Shown: piece by piece, positions 7,839-15,260 of the stretch
How positions within the stretch are numbered: the first letter of the stretch is position 1
Layout of the letters: each line of letters starts with the position of its first letter
Assembly (NCBI GenBank): GCA_002269645.1
Contig: NIVC01005258.1
Span: 1-15,260, forward strand
Direction of reading: 5' to 3'
DNA from: Macrostomum lignano
Taxonomy: Eukaryota
Length of the DNA: 15,260 bases
Notes under the pieces: generated by a model
Told to the model about the DNA's origin: nothing
Databases searched by the model: none
The model's input: only the letters and a program-made list of their open reading frames with translations
Program-made: the position numbers and the translations under genes

Positions 7839-8795
7839 CAATTGAATCAATTGATTGCGCAACCGATTTCTTAGTCAGTCAGTATCAGTCTCAGTTAAAG
7901 TTAACAAAAAGATTGCGCAATCTAAATCAACCCTCCAGTACACAGAGACCGACCTCTTTTCAATACGCAGTAGCAGTTAGAAATTGAACGCCGAACTGTT
8001 GGGGGCATTGAACCAAAAAATGAGTACAATCTTTGCATAAAGCTAAAAGTATGGAAATAGTTTTTTTGATGCTGCTCTTTTAGTCTTTATATTTATAGCA
8101 AACAATTTATATCCTCGAACTCAGCGTTGCAAGATCTTTTCAGCAGTATAAGTATCTTCTCTTAAAGTTTAGAACTCGAAGAGCAGTTAGCGTTTGAAAG
8201 TTCCCGTTTTAAGGCATTGAAATATCGAGTGTACGTTCACTGCCTGCCAAAGAGGCTCGCAAATTTATTCATTCATTACACAGGCTGGCTATTACACAGG
8301 GCAGCCTATTGAAAGGCACAGATAATAAAACAAATTGATGGCGCAACCGATTTCACAGTCAGTCAGTATCAGTCTCAGTTAAAGTTAACAAAAACATTGC
8401 GCAATCTAAATCAACCCTCCAATACACAGCAGCAGTAAGAAGTTGAACCCTCCCCCAAACTTTATCTATTACGTCTCGCAAAACTGAGTACAATTTTTGC
8501 AGCAAGTTAAAAGTATGGAAATAGTTTTTTCAATGCTGTGCTTTTTCTTTTCATATTTAAAGCAAACAATTTATATCCCTGAAATCAGCTTTGCAAGTTC
8601 TTTCCAGCAATATTAATTTTTTCTCTCAAAGTTAAAAACTCGAGCAACAGTTAGCGTTTGAAACTTTCTGATTTAAAGCATTGAAATATCGATTGTACGT
8701 TCACTGCCTGCTAAAGAGGCCCGCAAGTTTATGCATTGAATTTCAAGGTTCAACAAAATCACAGGGCTGCCTATTGAAAATTAGAACACAAATCT
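7839..8795. repeat. AT-rich core repeat, two tandem copies in E4 (second starts ~8331)
   Basis: Pairs at 7855/7913 and 8339 (TGGCGCAA)/8397. Confidence 0.9.
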
Positions 8796-9338
8796 TTGCG
8801 CAATTGTCTATAAAGTCAGCCGGTGAGCCAGGGTCCGATTGTACACATGCAGCCATTTAGAACGCCCCATCCCCCCACTGGAGAGAAAATACACTGCCAA
8901 GGTAGCAAAATTTATGGCGCAATCACTTAAAATTCATGCAAATTTTCAGCTCCGAGCAGAAAGAGGGGACAATTAAGATTATCAAAGGTCAAGATTCAAG
9001 TTTTCTGCTTTTTTGAGGATCTTAGAAATTAAAATTTCAGAATTAAAATAGCCTATAGCCGACCTCGGATAATTTCCAATCTTCCCATATAAGTTTCAAC
9101 GCTGAGTTGCCACTATTCAAGGAGGAGTTGTCGAAATGACAGACAGACAGACAAACAACGCGTCAACTTTAGTATATACGAGTGGAACTCCTCCTTCGGA
9201 GGAGAAAGGGGAAGAACTCCCATCACCGGAATTCCATTCCCTGAAATATCCATCAACTGAAATTCCATGTCTTGAACCCTATCTTCCAAATCGTCTCCAA
9301 ATTCTTTAGAAAACCTTTCAAAGACCATAGCTCAAAGA

Positions 9339-10346
9339 CTCTCACGTCTCTCATATCTACTCTCTCCACTCTGTGCTATTATCGTGACTCTCTTCTCTCT
9401 CCTCTCTCTCATCTCATCTCTACCCGTACTCCCTTATTTATGTTTTCTCCCTCGTCTTTCGTCTGTACCCTCTCCTGTCTCTTGTCTCCTCTCTTCTCTC
9501 ATATCTCTCCTCTTCACTTCTGTCTCCTGTCTCTCTCTTCTCTCTTATCTCTCCCTCTTCTCTCCTCTTTTATATGTCATCCCTATTCACTTATCTATCG
9601 TCTCTCTTAACCCTCTCTCTCTTCTCTTTTCTTTCCTCTCTGCTCTCATTTCTCATATCTCATATACGCTCTCACACTCCACTTACTTGTCTCAATCTTT
9701 CTTTCCTCCTTTCCACTTTTCCCTGTCTCTTCTCTTCTCTCTTTTCTATCCTCTCCATTCTCTCTTTTCTCCTCCCCTTGCTCCTTTTATCTTCTCCCCT
9801 CTCTTCTCTAATCTCTTCTCTCTTCTCTCTTATGTTCTCACTCATCTCTTATCATCGCATCTCTCATCTCTCCTCTCCTCACTACTTTCCTCTCTTAACT
9901 CTCTTATCTATTTCATCTCTCTCCTCTCTCCTCTTTCTCTTCTCCTCTCGCTTCTTCTCTCGCTTCTCTCTCCTATCTCTCCTCTCATCTCTACTACCGT
10001 ATTTATATCTTCTAACTGGTCCTTCGTCTCTACTCTCTCCTTTCTCCTTTCTCCCCTCTTTTCTCCTTTCTTGTCTCTCCTGTCTCCCCTCCTCTCTCAT
10101 CCCTCATCCCCTCATCTCACTCTTTCTTTCTCCTCTACTCTCCCCTCTCTTCTATTTTCTCTGTACGCTCTTATCCCTAATCTATTTTCTCTCCTCTCTC
10201 CTCTTTTCTTCTCTCTCCCTCTTCGTTCCCGCCTAAATCCCCTCTTCTCTCCAATCTGTCATGTCTAATATCTCCACTTATTTCTACTCTGTTTTCTATC
10301 ATCTCATCTCTCTTCTGCTTTCATTCTTCTCTTTACTCTTTTCTCT
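9339..10346 (+). repeat. ~1 kb C/T-rich tract (class A)
   Basis: Copy of 708-1717 with single-base deletions. Confidence 0.95.
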
Positions 10347-10379
10347 GACTGATTGAAGATGCCAAATCCATCAAGATCC

Positions 10380-10529
10380 TCTCCGCGAAGCAGAAATCCT
10401 GTCCGTGCAACTGAAAACCATCGAAATCCTCTCCGTGAAACTGGACTCCTTCGAAATCCTTTCCGTGAAACTGAAAACCATCGAAATTCTCTCTTTTAAA
10501 CTGGACTCAATCGAAATTTTCTCCGTCAA
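10380..10529 (+). repeat. 30-bp minisatellite (class A)
   Basis: Matches 1751-1900. Confidence 0.92.
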
Positions 10530-10552
10530 AAAAATAAATATCAGGATTCATT

Positions 10553-10587
10553 GGTTAGGGTTATTGTTAGGGTTAGGGTTAGGGTTA
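10553..10587 (+). repeat. Interstitial telomeric repeat: TTAGGG-TTATTG-(TTAGGG)3
   Basis: Identical to 1924-1958. Confidence 0.95.
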
Positions 10588-10626
10588 AAGCTACACACAG
10601 CTGCGTGTTCAAATAAAAAATTGAAC

Positions 10627-11098
10627 CAATTGAATCAATTGATTGCGCAACCGATTTCTCAGTCAGTCAGTATCAGTCTCAGTTAAAGTTAAGAAAAACA
10701 TTGCGCAATCTAAATCAACCCTCCAATACACAGCAGCAGTGAGAAGTTGAACTCTCCCCCAACTTTATCTATTACGTCTCGCAAAACTGAGTACAATTTT
10801 TGCAGAAAGTTAAAAGTATGGAAATAGTTTTTTCAATGCTGTGCTTTTTATTTTCATATTTAAAGCAAACAATTTATATCCCTGAAATCAGCTTTGCAAG
10901 TTCTTTCCAGCAATATTAATTTTTTCTCTCAAAGTTAAAAACTCGAGCAACAGTTAGCGTTTGAAACTTTCTGATTTAAAGCATTGAAATATCAATTGTA
11001 CGTTCACTGCCTGCTAAAGAGGCCCGCAAGTTTATGCATTGAATTTCAAGGTTCAACAAAATCACAGGGCTGCCTATTGAAAATTAGAACACAAATCT
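10627..11098. repeat. AT-rich core repeat in E5
   Basis: Near-identical to 1998-2467. Confidence 0.9.
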
Positions 11099-11640
11099 TT
11101 GCGCAATTGTCTATACAGTCAGCCAGTGAGCCAGGGTCCGATTGTACACAGCAGCCATTTAGAACGCCCCATCCCCCCACTGGAGAGAAAATACACTGCA
11201 GAGATAGGGAAAAGTTGTGGCGCAATCACTTGAAATTCATGCAAATTTTCAGCTCCAAGCAGAAAGAGGGGACAATTAAGATTATCAAAGGTCAAGACCG
11301 CCGTTTTCTGCTGTTTTGAGGATCTTAGAAATTAAAATTTCAGAATTAAAATAGCCTATAGCCGACCTCGGATAATTTCCAATCTTCCCATATAAGTTTC
11401 AACGCTGAGTTGCCACTATTCAAGGAGGAGTTGTCGAAATGACACACAGACAGACAAACAACGCGTCAACTTTAGTATATACGAGTGGAACTCCTCCTTC
11501 GGAGGAGAAAGGGGAAGAACTCCCATCACCGGAATTCCATTCCCTGAAATATCCATCAACTGAAATTCCATGTCTTGAACCCTATCTTCCAAATCGTCTC
11601 CAAATTCTTTAAAAACCTTTCAAAGCCCATAGCTTAAAGA

Positions 11641-12638
11641 CTCTCACGTCTCTCATATCTCCTCTCTCCTCTCTTCGCTATTATCGTGACTCTCTTCTCT
11701 CTCCTCTCTCTCATCTCATCTCTACCCCTACTCCCTTATTTATCTCTTCTCCCTCGTCTTTCGTTTGTACCCTCTCCTGTCTCTTGTCTCATCTCTTCTC
11801 TCATATCTCTCCTCTTCACTTCTGTCTCCTGTCTCCTCTCTCCTCTCTTATCTCTCCCTCTTCTCTCCTCTCTCATATGTCATCTCTACTCACTTATCTA
11901 TCGTCTCCGCTCTACTTTCTCTCTTCCCTTTTCTCTCTTCTCTCTGCTCTCATTTCTCGTATCTCTTATACGCTCTCACCCTCTCCTTTCTTATCTACCA
12001 TCTTTCTTCCCTCCTTTCTACTGCATCACCTGTCTCCTCTCCTCTCTTTTATCTCCTCTCCATTCTGTCTTCTCTCCTCTTATCTCCCCTCATCTCTTCT
12101 CTAATCTCTAATCTCTCCTCTCTCATATCTCTTCTCTACTCACTTATCTATTCTCTCTCCTCTGCTCCCCTTTTACACTTTCCTATATGCTCTCACTCTC
12201 ACCCTCCCCTTTCTTATCTTATGTTTTTTACACTCCTTTCTACCACCTGTCTCCTCTCGTTTCTCTCCTCTCTGCACTCTCATCTTTACCCTCTTCTTTC
12301 TCCTCACTACTTTCTTCTCTTAAATCTCTGATCTCTGATCTTTCATCTCTCTCCTCTCACCTCTCACCTCTCTCCTCTCTTTCCTCTCTTCTATTGCCTC
12401 TGTGCGCTCTTATCCCTCCTTTCTTTTCGCTCCTGTCTCCTCTCTGCTATCTCATATCTCCTCTCTCATATCCTCTCCCTTCATCTCCTCTCTCCTCTTC
12501 TCTTCTCTCTTCCTTCGTTCCCGCCTTACTACCCTCTTCTCTCCCATCTGTCATGTCTAATCTCTCCACTCATTTCTACTCTGTTTTCTATCATCTCATC
12601 TCTCTTCTCTTTTCATTCTTCTCTTTACTCTCTTCTCT
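11641..12638 (+). repeat. ~1 kb diverged C/T-rich tract
   Basis: Same start (CTCTCACGTCTCTCATATCT) and end (CTCTGACTGATTGAAG) as class A, but many substitutions and an internal duplication. Confidence 0.92.
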
Positions 12639-12671
12639 GACTGATTGAAGATGCCAAATCCATCAAGATCC

Positions 12672-12981
12672 TCTCCGCGAAGCAGAAATCCTGTCCGTGC
12701 AACTGAAAACCATCGAAATCCTCTCCGTGAAACTGGACTCCTTCGAAATCCTCTCATTGAAACTTAAATCCATCAAAATCATCTCCATAAAACAGAAATC
12801 AATCATAAATTATCTCCGCGAAACAGAAATCCTCTCCGTGAAGCTGAAAATCATCGAAATCCTCTCCGTGAAACTGAACACCATCGAAATCCTCTCCACG
12901 AAACAGAAATCCTCTCCGTCAAAATTAAAACATTGAAATCGTCTCCACTAAACTGGACTCAATCGAATTTTTTGCCGTCAA
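12672..12981 (+). repeat. 30-bp minisatellite, long class B version
   Basis: Homologous to 3403-3740 and about one unit shorter. Confidence 0.9.
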
Positions 12982-13005
12982 ACAACTCAACTCTCCGGAT
13001 TCATT

Positions 13006-13029
13006 GGTTAGGGTTAGGGTTAGGGTTAG
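13006..13029 (+). repeat. Interstitial telomeric repeat (TTAGGG)3
   Basis: GG(TTAGGG)3TTAG. Confidence 0.93.
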
Positions 13030-13073
13030 AACGCACAGCTTCGTGTAAAAAGGCACTGATAAAAATATTGAAC

Positions 13074-13531
13074 TAATTGAATCAATTCATTGCGCAACCG
13101 ATTTCACAGTCAGTCAGTATCAGTCCTCAGTTAAGTTAAAAAAACATTGCGCAATCTAAATCAACCTCCAATACACAGCAGCAGTGAGAAGTTGAACCCT
13201 CCCCCCAACAATCTTTGCAGAAACTGAGTACGAATTTTGCAGAAAGTTAAAAGTATGGAAATAGTTTTTAAATGCTGTGCTTTTTCTTTTCATATTTAAA
13301 GCAAACAACTTACATCCCCGAACTCAGCGTGCAAGATCTTTCCAGCAATATAAGTTTCTCCTCTCAAAGTTTAAAACTCGAGAACAGTTAGCGTTTGAAA
13401 CTGTCTGATTTATAGCATTGAAGTATCGAGGTACGTTCACTGCCTGCTTGCAAGTTGATGCATTGAATTTCAATGTCAACAAATACACAGGGCTGCCCAT
13501 TGAAAGGCAGGACTTATCAGTAGCCATATCA
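13074..13531. repeat. AT-rich core repeat in E6
   Basis: Closest to the first E2 core; TTGCGCAA at 13090/13147. Confidence 0.85.
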
Positions 13532-14035
13532 TTGCGCAATTATCTATACAGTCAGCCAGTGAGCCAGGGTCCAAGTGTACACACGCAGCCACTGAGAACG
13601 CCCCACCCCCACTGGAAGAAAATACACTACAGAGATAGGGAAAAGTTGTGGCGCAATCACTAAAAATTCATAGCATTTTCAGCTCCAAGCAGAAAGAGGG
13701 GACAATTAAGAATTATCAAAGGTCAAGATTCAAGTTTTCTGCTTTTTTGAGGATCTTAGAAATTAAAATTTCAGAATTAAAATAGCCTATAGCCGACCTC
13801 GATAATTTCCAATCTTCCCATATAAGTTTCAACGCTGAGTTGCCACTATTCAAGGAGGAGTTGTCGAAATGACAGACACACACAGCACACAGACAGACAG
13901 ACAAACAACGACGTCAACTTTAGTATTAAGATAGATAGAGGCCAACTCCTCCTTCGGAGAAGAAAGGGGAAGAACTCCAATCAGCGGAATTCCAATTCCC
14001 TGAACTCCATCAGCGGAATCCCATTTTCCAACACC

Positions 14036-14175
14036 TCTCCGCGCAAACAGAAATCGTCTCCGTGAAACTGAACACTATCGAAATCCTCTCCGTGAAACTG
14101 AACACCATCGAAATATTCTCCGCGAAATAGAAATCCTCTCCGTGAAACTGGACTAAATCGAAATTTCTACGTCAA
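14036..14175 (+). repeat. 30-bp minisatellite (class C)
   Basis: Matches 5272-5410. Confidence 0.9.
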
Positions 14176-14199
14176 ATAGCCCAGCTCTCAGAATTCATT

Positions 14200-14221
14200 G
14201 GTTAGGGTTAGGGTTAGGGTT
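14200..14221 (+). repeat. Interstitial telomeric repeat (TTAGGG)3
   Basis: GG(TTAGGG)3TT. Confidence 0.93.
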
Positions 14222-14261
14222 GAGCAGCTGCGTGTTGAAAGGCGCCGTAAAAACATTGAAC

Positions 14262-14772
14262 CAATTAAATTGCGCAACTTATTTCAGGCAGTCAGTATCA
14301 GCCTCAGTTAAAGTTAACAAAAAGATTGCGCAATCTAAATCAACGCCTCAAATACACAGCAACCGACCCCCTTCCAATACGCAGTGCAGCTAGAAATTGA
14401 ACTCCCCCCACCAACTATTGGGGGTCGGTCGAACCCCGCATTGAACTCCAAAATGAGCACAATCTTTGCAGAAAGCAAAAGTATGAAAATCTTTTCTTGA
14501 ATGCTGTGAATTTAATTTTCATATTTAAAGCAAAAAACTATATATCCCCGAACTCATTGCAGCAAGATCTTTCCAGCAATATAAGTCTCTCCTCTCTAAG
14601 TTCAAAACTCGAGCAACAGTTAGTGTTTGAAACTTTCTGATTTTAAGCATTGAAATATCGAGTGTACGTTCACTGCCTGCTAAAGATGCTCGCAAGTTAT
14701 GCATTAAAATGCACTGAATTCACTGTGCAAAAAATACACAGGGCTTCCTGTTAAAAAACAGAACACAAATAG
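14262..14772. repeat. AT-rich core repeat, class C variant in E7
   Basis: Copy of 5496-6009. Confidence 0.88.
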
Positions 14773-15166
14773 TTGCGCAATTGTCTATAAAAGTCAGTGA
14801 GCCAGGGTTCAAGTGTACACACGCAGCCACTGAGAACGCGACCATTCCCCCACTTGAGAGAAAATACACTGCCAAGATAGAAAAATTTATGGCGCAATCA
14901 CTAAAATTGATGCAAATTTTCAGCTCCAAGCAGAAAGAGGGACAATTAAGATTATCAAAGGTCAAGACCGCCATTTTCTGCTTTTTTAGGGATCTTAAAA
15001 ATTGAAAATGAAAGATTAAAATAGCCTAAAGCCATCCTCGGAAAATTTGCAGTTTTCCCATATAAGTTTCAACGCTGACTTGCAAGTATTCTAGGAGAGT
15101 TATCCAACAAACACACACACACACACAGACAACACGCACCAACTTTAGTATTAAGAAAGATAGAGA

Positions 15167-15241
15167 TGAGTTGCCACTATTCAGGAGGAGTTGTCGAAAT
15201 GACAGATAGACAAACAACGCGTGAACTTTAGTATATGTAGA
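15167..15241 (-). mobile_element. Truncated 75-bp copy of the terminal block end
   Basis: TGAGTTGCCACTATTCAGGAGGAGTTGTCGAAATGACAGATAGACAAACAACGCGTGAACTTTAGTATATGTAGA matches ~475-550; - strand starts TCTACATATACTAAAG. Confidence 0.45.
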
Positions 15242-15260
15242 TAGAAGAGATAGAATAGAA

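Larger units (their letters stand above)
6403..9181 (-). mobile_element. Unit E4 (class A plus extra core, 2779 bp)
   Basis: Linker, C/T tract and minisatellite match E1; two cores at ~7839 and ~8331. Confidence 0.55.
9182..11484 (-). mobile_element. Unit E5 (class A, 2303 bp) with E2-type tail
   Basis: Body near-identical to E1 (shared TTATTG telomere variant and GTTAAGAAAAAC); tail GCAGAGATAGGGAAAAGTTGTGG as in E2. Confidence 0.55.
11485..13939 (-). mobile_element. Unit E6 (class B variant, 2455 bp): long diverged C/T tract, one core
   Basis: Shares class B diagnostics with E2 (CTATTGCCTCTG, long minisatellite with AAACTTAAATCCATCAAAAT, AAGGCACTGATAAAAATATTG) but has a class A linker. Confidence 0.55.
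13940..15166 (-). mobile_element. Unit E7 (class C, 1227 bp)
   Basis: Copy of E3 differing mostly by 1-2 bp indels; diverged terminal block from 14973. Confidence 0.55.
372..15241. repeat. Complex tandem macro-repeat array: seven full modular units plus partial units
   Basis: Terminal block GTTTTCTGCTTTTTTGAGGATCTT...CTTTAGTAT recurs, with minor variants, at 372, 2669, 4981, 6215, 9000, 11303, 13734 and 14973, all in one orientation with the same internal module order. Confidence 0.97.

Noticed and set aside
1-15260. rDNA intergenic spacer, tRNA-derived SINE, LTR or terminal-inverted-repeat transposon
   Set aside because: I recognise no rRNA or tRNA sequence, A/B boxes, poly(A) tail, LTR pair, primer-binding site, terminal inverted repeats or target-site duplications.

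Overview
This is non-coding eukaryotic repeat DNA. I can support no gene, RNA gene, CRISPR array or prokaryotic system. Nearly the whole window is a head-to-tail array of seven complete modular units (551-2854, 2855-5176, 5177-6402, 6403-9181, 9182-11484, 11485-13939, 13940-15166; about 1.2-2.8 kb each) plus partial units at both ends. On the + strand each unit reads: 7-bp-stem hairpin, degenerate ~30-bp linker repeats, optional 0.3-1 kb C/T-rich tract, 30-bp minisatellite, short (TTAGGG)3-5 tract, one or two copies of a ~0.44-0.51 kb AT-rich core with paired TTGCGCAA palindromes, ~200-bp tail, and a ~180-bp terminal block ending in a GACA/CA microsatellite and CTTTAGTAT...GA. On the - strand each unit starts with TC, then (GTCT)n and an 11-bp subterminal inverted repeat, and ends in a hairpin. 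That best fits a non-autonomous rolling-circle (Helitron/Helentron-like) element amplified in tandem, which is inference because no RepHel gene is present. Units fall into three classes ordered A, B, C, A+, A, B, C, a rough 8.6-8.8 kb higher-order repeat with mosaic copies. The supplied ORFs are best explained as by-products of these repeats. One-base indels increase from ~13 kb and 117-371 looks scrambled, so both ends may be low-quality consensus. Module boundaries were placed by eye and are approximate.
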